NCBI GenBank assembly: GCA_026003175.1
Contig: BPGT01000001.1
Coordinates: forward strand, 408,839 to 472,838
Source of the DNA: Armatimonadota bacterium
GTDB taxonomy: Bacteria > Armatimonadota > HRBIN16
Direction: 5' to 3'
DNA: 64,000 nt
Under the pieces are notes generated by a model that saw only the letters and a list, made by a program, of their open reading frames with translations, searched no databases and had not been told where the DNA came from. The position numbers were made by a program, and so were the translations under genes. Of this stretch, positions 16,966 through 27,534 are shown piece by piece. How positions within the stretch are numbered: the first letter of the stretch is position 1; each line of letters starts with the position of its first letter.

Positions 16966-19900
16966 TTACCTGCGCGGAAGAACGGTTGTGGGTGCAGGTT
17001 CTGAAGCGGAACCGATAGTGTATTGCGCACGGAGCACGCGATCGATCTCGCTGAGCATTTCGTCGAGATGAATGCGCGTCGCGGTATCCAGCGGTCGGTT
17101 GCGCACCGCCTGTATCTGGTTCTTTAAACGGCGCAGGTGATAGCGAGCCAGCATCTTCGCATCGTCCGGCGCCTCCGAATCGGGGTTGACCAGCATGTCC
17201 GCCAGCGTGCGCAGGTACGTCCGCTGCAGCAGTCTGCGCAGCGCGGGCACGCTGGTGCCGTTGATGATTTCCGCATTGATCGCGTTACTGACCTGCTCGA
17301 AGAGCGCGGTCATGCTCAGAGTCTCGTCCGGCTTGCGTGCCTTGAACTCGTTGTTGGCAATCTGGCTGAGCGTTTGCTCGCTGAAGAGCCGACGCAGGGT
17401 GTGCACCTGAATGCCGGAGAGTGTATCCCGCACCGGCGCGTCCAGGCGAGGGCGGCTGTTAAGGAAGCTGGCATAGTCCGGGTAGGGGTCTGGAGCCAGC
17501 TTCAGATACACCTCTTTGGGGAAATTGAACGCCTTGGGCGAAAAGACGTACTGCGTCAACAGTGCCAGCGCGCGCTTTTGCTCGGCGGCGCTGAGACGGT
17601 ACCACGGGCGGTTTCTCGTTCGGATCGCCGCGATGGTTCTGGTGCAAGCGCACGCCCCCGATGTAGCGCGAGACCACGTTTGCCGCACGCGCATACATCG
17701 AGAGCAATCCGTTGAAACTGCGGGTCAGCTCATAGTAGTTCTCGCCGGACTTTACCGCTTTCGCGGGCAGCTGGGGTATCATCCGGCTCACATCTCTGAA
17801 GATGGTTGCCCAGTACTCCAGCGGGTCCTTGCCCAGGTCAAAACGGGTAATCAGTGGGTCTACGTTGTCAGCGAACTCGTCGCCCATGTACGCCAGTCCC
17901 GGCTCCGTGCAACGGCGGGCAATCGCACGCAACATGGGCAGTTCCGCCTCAGGGGAGGCCACTTTGCTGGGCTTGTAGCCGTACTCTATCGCCCAGTAGT
18001 CGTACACGCCTAGTCCGTGTGTCCAGTACGCCGAGTGTGGCGAGTGCAGCGCGATGATGTTCACCGGGGTATAATCCATCACCGAGGCTGTCATGCCCAG
18101 GTGGTTGATCCGGTCAGCGTTTGCCAAATCCGCGGTGGAATGCAGCGTGCTGGCAACGAAGTTATGGCGCAACCCCAGGATGTGCCCCATCTCGTGTGCC
18201 ACGACCTCGCGGATGTACTGCTTCACGTACTCCGACTCCGAGATGCGTGTGGACCGTGGCGACTGCATCAGCTTCATCGCCGTGGCACCGAACCACGCCT
18301 GATATGCCGCCTCTTCTGCCATGTTGCACAGGAAGGGGTTCGTAGGCAATGGTTCGGGGTCAAACGCACTGAGCGGGTTCACCATGCGCTTGAACTCGGT
18401 GCGGGCGAAGCGCGTCATGTTGGCGTCTACAGTGATACTGGCGTTGAGGATCTGCCCAGTGAGCGGGTTCGCACGGAACAGCGCCACGGCGTAGCCCGAG
18501 GAGGGTGAGGTTACCCAACGAATGACGTTGTAGCGCATGTCGGCATGGTCCCAGTCGGCGTCATCGGGCATCTGCTTGACCACGATAGCATCTTTGAAGC
18601 CGACGCGCTCGAGCGCCTTGTTCCACCAGAGAATGCCTTCGCGCACCGCCTCCCGATATTCAGTTGGTATCGCGTTGTCCAGCCAGAAGACGATAGGCTG
18701 CTTCGGAGGCGAGAGCGCAGCGTCAGGGTCGGCTTTTTCCAGATGCCAGCGCAGGATATAGCGCGTAGTCTGATCGTCCTTGTCCTGCGTAAAGTCCTGA
18801 AATTCGGTGACGAAGTAGCCGACACGTGGGTCCGCCAGTCGTGGACGGTAGCCGTTCTCGGGCAGGAAGAAGAGGTTGTAGGTGATATCCAGGGGCAAAC
18901 TGCGCGGGTCAGCGAGCGGTGCACCGGAGCTCATGCCTGGAATGGAGAAGGGCGAGCTGCCACCACCACCTCCTGCGCGCACCAGATGGTAAGCGGTTTG
19001 CACTACTAGATTGTTGGGAAAGTTCTTGATAGCGCTGATGACCGTCTTCTCGCGGTCGATGCTGTATGCTCCACCTGCTGCCTGCGCCAGTCGGGTAATC
19101 TGCGCGATGTCCGAGCGGAACAGGTCACTGATGTTAATCAGCAGGCTCTTGCGCCCTTCGCTGCGCGCCTCGATGCGGAACGACTCCAGATAGGCATCCG
19201 CAAAGGAACGCTTCACTGCACGCGCAATAGGTTGATGTTCGTCGGCACGGAAGCGGATATTGGGTACAACGAACAGAATCTGCTCGTCGCGCTTGACAAA
19301 CTTGAAGAGGATATCGTCAATGGGATTGCCAGCGGCGAGCGAATAGCCTCCCGTGCCTGTGCTCTGCGTCACCTGCAGCAGCATCAGCCTGTCCAGCTGG
19401 TCTTCGCGAATCTCCAGGTAGATAGTGTCCTTGCCCGCCTCCTTCTTGCGGTAGAGAGTGAACACACCCTCTATCTTCTCGTAGTCCTTCACCACTTCTT
19501 CGATGCTCTTCTCCTTCTTTTTGGGAGCTTCGGCAGGTTGGGCAGCCGCCGCCGCTCCACCGATGGGGCTACCTCCCGTGCGCTCCGCGCGAAGCGTGCC
19601 GTTGAAGGTAGGAGCTTGTTCCGAAGGGGCGAAGGGGAAGTTTTCCACCTGCAGGTTCATCACCACAATGTCTCCGGAGGCGACCTCCACCCATACCTCG
19701 CCCTGCAGGCTCATGTTCTTTTCCCTGCCCGTCTCGCGATAGGTATAGCGCAGTTTGGCTGTATCCACACCTCTAGTCTTCTCCAGGGCGAGCAGTTCGT
19801 ACTCGGCTACCGCGCTGGGGGTGCCCTTTTCGGCGTCCTCCCTATATTCGCGCGTCCACTTATCGCCAACGCCGACCGGATTGGGCGAAAAGACTATCTG

Positions 19901-20326
19901 GGTGGACTGCATCAAGCGCAGCTGCGCCTTACGCTCTGCTTCGGTGGGTTCACGTCCACCTTCCCATTTCACCGAAACCAGCGTGCCATCGGGTTTGGTG
20001 ACGGTAATGGTGCGTCGCTTGCTCGATTCCTCGGAGGCGGGCATCTTCTGACCGTTGAGGGTCATCTCCACCTCTTCGTCTACCGATTGGCGCGTGATTT
20101 CGCCCGAGGCAGAAACATCGAGGATTTCGTCTACAGAGGTTTGCTTGATGAGCACCTGAATCTTCTGTCCACCGAACTCGCTGCTGAGATCGGCTTCCAG
20201 ACGGTAGGTCATCTTCTGACCTTTTTGGGCTTTATACTGCAGAGACACTTTCTCTTGTGCCGTCGCGGCTATGGCCACCAGTAGCCAGAGCACGACGAGA
20301 ATCGCCGATGCGAATGTCCGTTTCAT
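16966..20326 (-). pseudogene. Large secreted zinc-dependent metalloprotease (HEXXH; DUF4953/DUF5117-like family) with an apparent 1-nt frameshift near 17595-17610
   Basis: Signal peptide MKRTFASAILVVLWLLVAIAATAQ; VVAHEMGHILGLRHNF zinc-binding motif; C-terminal ~240 aa continue in another frame (16966-17694) after a ccc run. Confidence 0.6.
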
Positions 20327-20434
20327 ACCTCTTCCCCTTGTGTGCTGTATGGAGTTACGCTATAGATTATGGCATATTCCGCGGTAGTCACGCTCACGCG
20401 CTGGTATGGTATAATAGGCTCAGGTGAGCAGAAG

Positions 20435-21298
20435 ATGCCTTTTACCATCAACGAGTTTGAAGACTTGTTACAAATCCTGCAACAGCACCCTGAGTGGCGT
20501 GCGAGGCTGCTGGACAACTTGTTGGGAGAGGAGTTTCTTGCCCTGCCCCATCAAGTGCAGTTGCTCATTCAGGCACAGCAACGCACAGATGAGCAGCTGG
20601 CTGCCCTTACCGCAGAAGTTCGTGTGCTGGTGGAGTCGCAGAAGCGGCTTGCTGAGGAATTTGCCTCCTATCGGTTGCAGACAGACCAGTCCATCCGCGA
20701 ACTGGTGGAGTCGCAGAAGCAACTTGCTGAGGAATTTGTCGCATACCGTGCGCAGACTGACGCTCGCTTTGCCGAACTGTCTGAGACGGTGCGCGAACTG
20801 GCGGAAGCGCAGAAGAAGCTGACAGAGGAGTTCATTGCCTACCGGAGCAGTACTGACCGTCGCCTCGATGAAATTAGCAAGGAGCTCAGGAATCTCGCTG
20901 CGCGTGTGGGTATGAGCCTGGAAGAGGAAGCGGAAGATATGGTCTGGTGGGTACTAAAGCAGAAGGGCTACCGTTTTGCGGCTGGGTATCGGTCGGCACG
21001 CTTTGATGGGGAAGTGGACGTTGTGCTGATTGGTGAAACCCCTGAAGGCGAGAGTATCTCGGTGGTGATTGAAAGCAAAACCCGTCTTGGCAAAGGTGAT
21101 GTTTACGCCTGGGCACAAAGGGTTCAGTCTGACAGTTTTCGCCTTGGGATGCAGGCAGCAGGTTTTAGCCCTCCGTATCTGCCTTACCTGTTTGCCATGC
21201 GCCCAGACCCTGCAGCAGTAGAAGCTGCTAAAGAATCTGGGATAGGGCTGGTGAACACCCGGGGCGAGGTGGTGGAAGGCACACTCGTTATCCGCTAG
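20435..21298 (+). CDS. Coiled-coil protein with C-terminal PD-(D/E)XK nuclease-like domain (paralog of 41943-42659)
   Basis: N-terminus MPFTINEFEDLLQILQQHPEWRARLLDNLL; three ~25-aa coiled-coil repeats (LVESQKRLAEEFASYR...); C-terminal D...VIESK motif. Confidence 0.55.
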   Translation: MPFTINEFEDLLQILQQHPEWRARLLDNLLGEEFLALPHQVQLLIQAQQRTDEQLAALTAEVRVLVESQKRLAEEFASYRLQTDQSIRELVESQKQLAEEFVAYRAQTDARFAELSETVRELAEAQKKLTEEFIAYRSSTDRRLDEISKELRNLAARVGMSLEEEAEDMVWWVLKQKGYRFAAGYRSARFDGEVDVVLIGETPEGESISVVIESKTRLGKGDVYAWAQRVQSDSFRLGMQAAGFSPPYLPYLFAMRPDPAAVEAAKESGIGLVNTRGEVVEGTLVIR

Positions 21299-23372
21299 CC
21301 ATCGCTGCGTCCACCTTCTCCACCTGAACATAGCACGTGTGGAACGTTGAACCGCCTCCCATGTCAGCCAACCTGTCGGAGGTCAGGGTGTTCACATTAC
21401 GTCCCCCCGGGCTATCCCGGTGCCACCACAGGGAGGGTGACCATGTGGTGCCTGGGCGCACATGCTCTGCGCTGACCATCGCCCGCAGCAGCACCTCCCC
21501 ACGCTGGTTGTAGACTCGCACCCAATCACCTTGCTGAATACCTCGCGCCTCGGCGTCTTGTGGATGCATCCAGAGACGCGGTTCCCGCTCGCCCTTTTGC
21601 ATCCGCTCCAGGTTGGCGAAAGAGGTGTTCAGGAAATGGTGCGCGGCAGGCGTCATCAACTTCAGGGGATAGCGCGTTCGGTCCACATCAGGCTCTTCGG
21701 CAGGGGTGTACACAGGCAGAGGGTCGTAGCCGTCCCGCTTTGCCCGCTCCGAGTATAGTTCTATTTTGCCCGAAGGGGTGTGGAAGCGTGGCTCACTGTG
21801 TAGATAAGGAGCGAACGGGTCGGAGGGTGTTTTGAGCTTGGCGAAGCCGTGTTCCAGTAAGTATTCATAAGTTATCCCCTGCAGATAGGGGTGGTCGCTG
21901 TCCAGCGCCTGACGGATAATCTCTTCGGCGGTGTCGTGGAAGCACTGCTCCTGAAAGCCCATCCGTCGTGCCAGCTCGGAGAGCACATCCCAGTTTGGGC
22001 GACTCTCGCCCAGTGGCGGAATAGCTGGCTGGTTCAACTGCACGTACAAATGCCCGTATGATGTGTGCAGGTCCAGATGCTCCATCTGCGTGGTAGCAGG
22101 TAACACGATGTCCGCCAGGCGGGCGGTATCTGTCCAGAGTTGTTCGTGCACGACGGTAAACAGGTCTTCGCGCAACATGCCCTCTATCACGCGGTTACTG
22201 TTGGGGGCGACCGCAGCCGGATTGGAATTGTACACGTAGAGCGCCATAATCGGCGGGTCGTCCAGCGTCAGCAGCGCATCGCCCAGCTGGTTCATGTTCA
22301 CCGCGCGCGGGGTACCCTGTAGCAAATCGGGACGTTTCACTGCCTTCATGTTGAGGGGAAAGTGTGCGCTGGTGGAAAGTAGAAGCCCCCCGCCTAGCTC
22401 CCGCCACGCCCCGATGATTGCGGGTAAACAGGTAATCGTGCGCACCATCATGCCGCCGTTAGCGTTGCGGGCGATACCGTAGCCCAGTCGGATGGCGGAC
22501 GGGCGTTGGGTGGCGTAGGTGATGGCGAGGCGTTCTATATCCTCTGCGGGGACGCCCGTTATTTGAGCCACTGTGCCCGGAGCATATTCGTGCATGACCT
22601 GTTCGCGAAGCGCCTCCCAGCCGACGGTGTATTTCCGTAGGAACTCTTCGTCATGTAGCCGTTCGCGGAAGATCACATGCATCATGCCCAGCGCAAGCGC
22701 GCTGTCCGTGCCGTGTTCGAGGTGCACATGCCAGTCGGCGCATTCGGCAGTGCGGGTGCGGAAGGGGTCTATCACAATGAGCATTGCTCCATGCTTTTGC
22801 GCCTCTCGCAGGATAGCCATCTGGTGCGTGCAGGTGCTAGCAGGGTTCATACCCCATACAATGATCGTCTTCGCATATATCAGGCTTTCGGGATCAATTC
22901 CTCCCGACCAGCCCATCGTGTAGCCGTATCCGGCCTCGGCAGCGGTAGAGCATATCGTGCGCAGAAGACGGCTAGCGCCCAGCCGATTCCACAGACGTCC
23001 ATCACAGGCAGACATGTTCACCACGCCCATCGTGCCTGCGTAGGAGTAGGGCAGAATGGCTTCCGCACCGTACGTGTCGATAATCTGCTTCCACCGCGCG
23101 ACGATGGTGTCCATCGCTTCCTCCCACGAAATGCGCTCAAACCTGCCTTCGCCTTTCGCACCCACGCGCTTGTGGGGATACAGTACGCGGTCGGAGCTAT
23201 ACACCCGCTCCTCGTAGTGAGCCACTTTGCAACACAGGTAACCGCGTGTAACCGGGTGGTCGGGATTACCGCGCACGCCCAGTAGCTGACCGTTCCTGAC
23301 GATTGCAATCATCGAGCAGGTATCCGGGCAGTCGTGCGGGCAAACGGTCTTCACTTCGCGAATCTCGGACAT
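21288..23372 (-). CDS. Molybdopterin-dependent oxidoreductase (MopB superfamily, cytoplasmic FdhF/YdeP-like)
   Basis: N-terminal 4Fe-4S motif CPHDCPDTC...C; ~695 aa; GGAGAAAC RBS before ATG 23372; no Tat signal. Confidence 0.8.
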   Translation of the reverse strand: MSEIREVKTVCPHDCPDTCSMIAIVRNGQLLGVRGNPDHPVTRGYLCCKVAHYEERVYSSDRVLYPHKRVGAKGEGRFERISWEEAMDTIVARWKQIIDTYGAEAILPYSYAGTMGVVNMSACDGRLWNRLGASRLLRTICSTAAEAGYGYTMGWSGGIDPESLIYAKTIIVWGMNPASTCTHQMAILREAQKHGAMLIVIDPFRTRTAECADWHVHLEHGTDSALALGMMHVIFRERLHDEEFLRKYTVGWEALREQVMHEYAPGTVAQITGVPAEDIERLAITYATQRPSAIRLGYGIARNANGGMMVRTITCLPAIIGAWRELGGGLLLSTSAHFPLNMKAVKRPDLLQGTPRAVNMNQLGDALLTLDDPPIMALYVYNSNPAAVAPNSNRVIEGMLREDLFTVVHEQLWTDTARLADIVLPATTQMEHLDLHTSYGHLYVQLNQPAIPPLGESRPNWDVLSELARRMGFQEQCFHDTAEEIIRQALDSDHPYLQGITYEYLLEHGFAKLKTPSDPFAPYLHSEPRFHTPSGKIELYSERAKRDGYDPLPVYTPAEEPDVDRTRYPLKLMTPAAHHFLNTSFANLERMQKGEREPRLWMHPQDAEARGIQQGDWVRVYNQRGEVLLRAMVSAEHVRPGTTWSPSLWWHRDSPGGRNVNTLTSDRLADMGGGSTFHTCYVQVEKVDAAMASG

Positions 23373-23625
23373 AGTCGGTTTCTCCGAGCAATTTAGTGAT
23401 GCTAGTATAGCGCATCTAATCCGCTGTATGCAAATCGGTGGGATGTGCAAAGGCAACCAAACCAAGAACACCACCGACTACCCAAGAGCGTTCCCTTTCT
23501 CAGGCGCTGCAGAGCCTCTTTCGGGATGGATGGAACAACGACAACACAGAATGTGTGGATACTTACTATACTGTAACTTTTTATTCAACATTCCAAAATT
23601 TTTCCCAAAAATTATCTCAAACTAC

Positions 23626-23654
23626 TTGACTCTTTAGTCATAAACATCTATACT
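23626..23654 (+). promoter_or_regulatory. Sigma-70-type promoter (TTGACT-17 nt-TATACT) in AT-rich divergent intergenic region
   Basis: Consensus-like -35/-10 with 17-nt spacer, ~70 nt upstream of the GntR-type regulator start; the 250-bp region is markedly AT-rich in a 60% GC genome. Confidence 0.4.
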
Positions 23655-23723
23655 TATAGTAACACAGTTCTATAACGCTTTAACGCGATTTTCATCCCGT
23701 TTCGCAAACGGAAGAGGCACAGC

Positions 23724-24785
23724 GTGCAAATCAAACACGTATGGGTGAGACAGCAGGTGCTGGAGGAAATCCAGCAGGGGCGGTACGACGACCGTCTGCC
23801 AACAAAGCAACAGCTTGCTGAACGATTCGGGGTAAGCATTGGCACGGTGTCGCGTGCGCTTGAAACCCTCTGCCAGGAAGGATGGCTGGAGTACAGGCGA
23901 GGGGCGGGCATCTATGCCTGCGTATCTGCGCCCCCACGCACCAGGCAGGTTGCTTTCGTAGTGAGCTCACCTGCTGATGTGGTGGAGCACACCTATCATG
24001 GCCCTCTCTTCCGTGCCCTGTGCGACGTATGCGCCGAGTCAGACATCAACTTGATGGTGGCGCCAACACCTGTGGACGAATGGGCGCTCTTACCCGAACG
24101 CTATCCCAAAATCGCCCTCTATGTGGTGGCTCCTCCGGTGAACAGCTTGAGCGTGCTGGCATCCCTCTGGCAAAAGGGCGTTCCGCTAGTGGCGGTTGGG
24201 GCGTCGTGGCAGGAGGAAGTGGTCTTTCCCACAGTGGACAGCGACAACCGGGGCGGTGCACGACGGGGAGTAGAGTATCTGCTGCACCTTGGTCACCGGC
24301 GTATTGCGTACATCAACGGCTCGGAGAACAGCACCAACTGTCGCGATCGACTGGCGGGGTATCTGGATGCACTGCAGGCGTGGAGTATTCAGGCAGACGA
24401 GCGTTGGATCATCCGCCCCGACGATGACACGCACCTTTCGCCATCCGCACGGAACGCGCTGATGGACCTCTTGCTGATGCCGGAACGCCCAACGGCGATA
24501 TTTTGCGCAGGCTACTTTCTGGCGTTGGACGTGATAGCTCTTGCGGAACAGCTGGGCATCGCCGTTCCGCGCCAGCTGAGCATACTGGGCACCGACGACC
24601 CGGTATCGGCACGTTACCTGAATCCGCCGCTCACCACCCTGCGCCAGCCACTGTACCAGATGGGCAGACGAGCGGCAGATGTGTTGTTGCGGAACCTTTC
24701 ACGTCGTGCCGTACCGGAAAGGGTGCACGCAAAGCTGCCGGTAGAGCTGGTCACACGCGCCTCGTGCGCGCCACCGGGGCACTAA
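23724..24785 (+). CDS. GntR-family HTH regulator fused to LacI/PBP-type sugar-binding domain
   Basis: N-terminal GntR HTH (LPTKQQLAERFGVSIGTVSRALETL), C-terminal periplasmic-binding-protein-like I fold. Confidence 0.7.
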   Translation: MQIKHVWVRQQVLEEIQQGRYDDRLPTKQQLAERFGVSIGTVSRALETLCQEGWLEYRRGAGIYACVSAPPRTRQVAFVVSSPADVVEHTYHGPLFRALCDVCAESDINLMVAPTPVDEWALLPERYPKIALYVVAPPVNSLSVLASLWQKGVPLVAVGASWQEEVVFPTVDSDNRGGARRGVEYLLHLGHRRIAYINGSENSTNCRDRLAGYLDALQAWSIQADERWIIRPDDDTHLSPSARNALMDLLLMPERPTAIFCAGYFLALDVIALAEQLGIAVPRQLSILGTDDPVSARYLNPPLTTLRQPLYQMGRRAADVLLRNLSRRAVPERVHAKLPVELVTRASCAPPGH

Positions 24786-24860
24786 ACAGGTAGCAATCGT
24801 CCGCTAAGGTGGACGTTAGCGATAAACACAACAAAACTCGTTCGAGGAGGTCGTTTCACC

Positions 24861-25616
24861 ATGCGACGCAGCGGTTTCACGCTGATTGAGCTGCTCGTAG
24901 TTATCGCGATCATCGCGATACTAGCAGCGATTCTGTTCCCTGTGTTCTCGCAGGCACGCGAGAGCGCACGCAAGACAGCCTGTCTGTCCAACACCAAGCA
25001 GATTGGTCTGGCAGTCAACATGTACGTGCAAGACTACGACGAAACCTTCTTCCCGCAGCCATGGCCTGGTGGCTGCCCGGACCTGGGTTATTTCACTACC
25101 AACCCTGCTCATCCCAAGCAGCACTGGGCAACAATGATTTACCCGTACGTGAAGAACGGTGGGTTGTTCGACTGTCCCAGCTATTCGGGCACGACCTACG
25201 TCGCTTCGTATGCCCTATGGGTCTGCGGGGACCCGGACAGGAAGCGCATCGTGCCGTTCGTGGAGTACGGCATCAATGAGCTTATTCTTGGCAGTAGCAC
25301 CGGCGTATCTCTGGCGGCAATTCAGTCACCTGCAAACATTGGCATCATTGCCGACAACAACTATATCTTCAGCTGGCGCAACTGCTTGTTGGGCCCGCTA
25401 GACAGCCAGCCCCGTTTCTACTGGCCGGAAGGACGCGGCGGCTGGGAGTTCTATCAGGGCAACCCACGCCACCAGGGCGGCATGAACTTCGTGTACGCTG
25501 ATGGGCACTCGAAATGGGCACGGTCCGCCAACAATCCCAATCCGAAGCCGGACCGTCCATACGAGTGGGGATACTATCCGGTGCTGATGTCAGACGATAC
25601 CTGCACACCTCCGTAA
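24861..25616 (+). CDS. Prepilin-type N-terminal cleavage/methylation domain protein with H-X9-DG (DUF1559) domain
   Basis: [29 protein letters not shown]; C-terminal [11 protein letters not shown] (H-X9-DG motif). Confidence 0.8.
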   Translation: MRRSGFTLIELLVVIAIIAILAAILFPVFSQARESARKTACLSNTKQIGLAVNMYVQDYDETFFPQPWPGGCPDLGYFTTNPAHPKQHWATMIYPYVKNGGLFDCPSYSGTTYVASYALWVCGDPDRKRIVPFVEYGINELILGSSTGVSLAAIQSPANIGIIADNNYIFSWRNCLLGPLDSQPRFYWPEGRGGWEFYQGNPRHQGGMNFVYADGHSKWARSANNPNPKPDRPYEWGYYPVLMSDDTCTPP

Positions 25617-25635
25617 GGCGGGTGGGGTGAACACC

Positions 25636-25827
25636 ATGAACAAAAACATATCGGCTCCGCTGGCGATTGCCATCATCGTGGTGGTGCTGCTCGTGGTCGG
25701 TTTCTTCCTCTACCGGGGGATGACCGGCGGGGTACAGGGCAACGGTCGCGAAGGTGAAGTACAGGCGGCTCCGCCGGTCCCCGGTGGAGGAGCACCACCC
25801 AACATGGCAGCGCCGGGAACGCGGTAG
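25636..25827 (+). CDS. Small membrane protein (63 aa), possibly co-transcribed with the pilin-like gene
   Basis: GGTGGGGTG RBS; one TM helix LAIAIIVVVLLVVGFFLY followed by Gly/Pro-rich tail. Confidence 0.4.
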   Translation: MNKNISAPLAIAIIVVVLLVVGFFLYRGMTGGVQGNGREGEVQAAPPVPGGGAPPNMAAPGTR

Positions 25828-25878
25828 GGGCAACGACACACCCCGGGGAGAGGAGGACCACCTCTCTCCGGGTTTATC

Positions 25879-26178
25879 TTATCCGCGCAGGATAATGTAG
25901 CCGATGATGCCCATCCATACGATGGCAAACAGAGCAGCGAACACCAGCACTACTACACCGATAATCCCCAGAATGTATCCTGCTTCCGCCATGCCGCGCC
26001 CCGATTCGGGAGACTCGCCTCGCTCGATAGCCTGACGCTCCGCCTTACCCAATATCCATGCCGGTATAGCGAACAATCCCATAGACACCAGCCCCAGTAT
26101 CCCGAACACCAGCGCGAGAATGGCACGCGAACCGGGATACTCCCCTGTACGCATGGGTTTGGGTGGTTGCACAGACAT
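25879..26178 (-). CDS. DUF4190-like small membrane protein
   Basis: Two hydrophobic helices (ILALVFGILGLVSMGLFAI; ILGIIGVVVLVFAALFAIVWMGIIGYIIL) typical of the DUF4190 family. Confidence 0.5.
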   Translation of the reverse strand: MSVQPPKPMRTGEYPGSRAILALVFGILGLVSMGLFAIPAWILGKAERQAIERGESPESGRGMAEAGYILGIIGVVVLVFAALFAIVWMGIIGYIILRG

Positions 26179-26346
26179 TGCGTGTCGTACCTCCTGCGAT
26201 TACTCATTTAATGAGACATATTACAAGCATCAGAGGTTGCCAGCAATGCCGGCAGTCCGTTAAGCTTCAACCTTCTGGAGGGACACGCTCCGTTGTTGAC
26301 CGCGATACTGAAGGTGCGACAGACCAGCCAGAAGCCGAGTTGAAGC

Positions 26347-27534
26347 TTAATATCGGTGCATCGTGCCGTCTTCGCGACGCACGATGGGCATGAACGCTCG
26401 CTGATAAGGGTATCTCGCCGCCAGATGCTCGTTAATGTCCAGCCCGATGCCGGGGCGTTCTGGCGGATAGGCATAACCATCCCGGAACTCGCATGCACCT
26501 GGCATGACTTCATACGCCGGCTCGGGGAACGTCACCCACTCCTGCACACCGAAATTAGGTATCACCATGTCCAGATGCACTGCTGCTGCCTGCGCAATCG
26601 GTCCCAGGTCCGCCGCCCCATGAAACGCCATCTGCACGCCATATGTCTCGGCAACGGCGGCGATTTTGCGCATTTCAGTAATTCCGCCCACGTGCATAGG
26701 CGCGCAGCGCAGATAGTCTATCCACCGGTTCTGCAGCAGAGGCAGGGCGTCATAACGGTTGTGCACAATCTCGCCCATCGCCAGAGGTGTGGTGGATGCT
26801 TGCCTCACCAGCGCGAAGCTGGGTATCTGTTCTGGAGGTAGTACATCCTCCAAGAAGAACAAGCGGTATGGTTCCAGCTGCTTCGCCAGCCACGCCGCCT
26901 GAATGGGGGTCAGTTGCTCGTGCACGTCGTGGCATAGCTCCACTGCATCGCCCAGCTGCCTGCGCAGATACTCGAACAGCTTCACGTGTTCCAACATGTA
27001 GGGTGTAGGATCAAAATACTGTGCCGGCGGGATGCCCGGGCGAGGCGGTGGCTCGGTGCGCACCATCCCCGACCCCCCGTACCCGCCAATCTGAGCGCGG
27101 ATGACCCGGTATCCCTTCGCCTGCAGTTGGCGCACGCTTTCCTCTACCTCCTGCGGTGTGCGTCCTCCAGCGTGCCCGTAGCACAGCACCTTATCTCGAG
27201 CTGCGCCACCCAGCAGCTGATAAACCGGCATGTTCGCCAGTTTGCCCTTGATGTCCCACAGCGCGATGTCTATCGCGCCGATCGCCGCTGCATAAACAGG
27301 ACCACCGCGCCAGTAGGTATGATGGTACAGGAAGTACCAGATGTCCTCGATGCGCTGCGGGTCCATGCCGACGAGCAGGTGGGAACAGTGCTCAATTGCC
27401 GCAGCCACTGCCAGCTCGCTTCCGTTGAGTGTACCGTCGCCTACGCCATACACGCCCTCATCGGTTATCACCTTCACCAGCACATAGTTGCGGCCGGGGC
27501 AAGTAAGGATGACACGCACTTCGGCGATTTTCAT
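26347..27534 (-). CDS. manD: D-mannonate dehydratase-like enolase-superfamily enzyme (ManD subgroup)
   Basis: MKIAEVRVILTCPGRNYVLVKVITDEGVYGVGDGTLNGSELAV...YWRGGPV...ALWDIKGK: close match to the ManD signature. Confidence 0.75.
   Translation of the reverse strand: MKIAEVRVILTCPGRNYVLVKVITDEGVYGVGDGTLNGSELAVAAAIEHCSHLLVGMDPQRIEDIWYFLYHHTYWRGGPVYAAAIGAIDIALWDIKGKLANMPVYQLLGGAARDKVLCYGHAGGRTPQEVEESVRQLQAKGYRVIRAQIGGYGGSGMVRTEPPPRPGIPPAQYFDPTPYMLEHVKLFEYLRRQLGDAVELCHDVHEQLTPIQAAWLAKQLEPYRLFFLEDVLPPEQIPSFALVRQASTTPLAMGEIVHNRYDALPLLQNRWIDYLRCAPMHVGGITEMRKIAAVAETYGVQMAFHGAADLGPIAQAAAVHLDMVIPNFGVQEWVTFPEPAYEVMPGACEFRDGYAYPPERPGIGLDINEHLAARYPYQRAFMPIVRREDGTMHRY

Noticed and set aside
19232-20284. 350-aa plus-strand ORF inside the metalloprotease gene
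   Set aside because: It is antisense to a gene with signal peptide and HEXXH motif, with no independent support.
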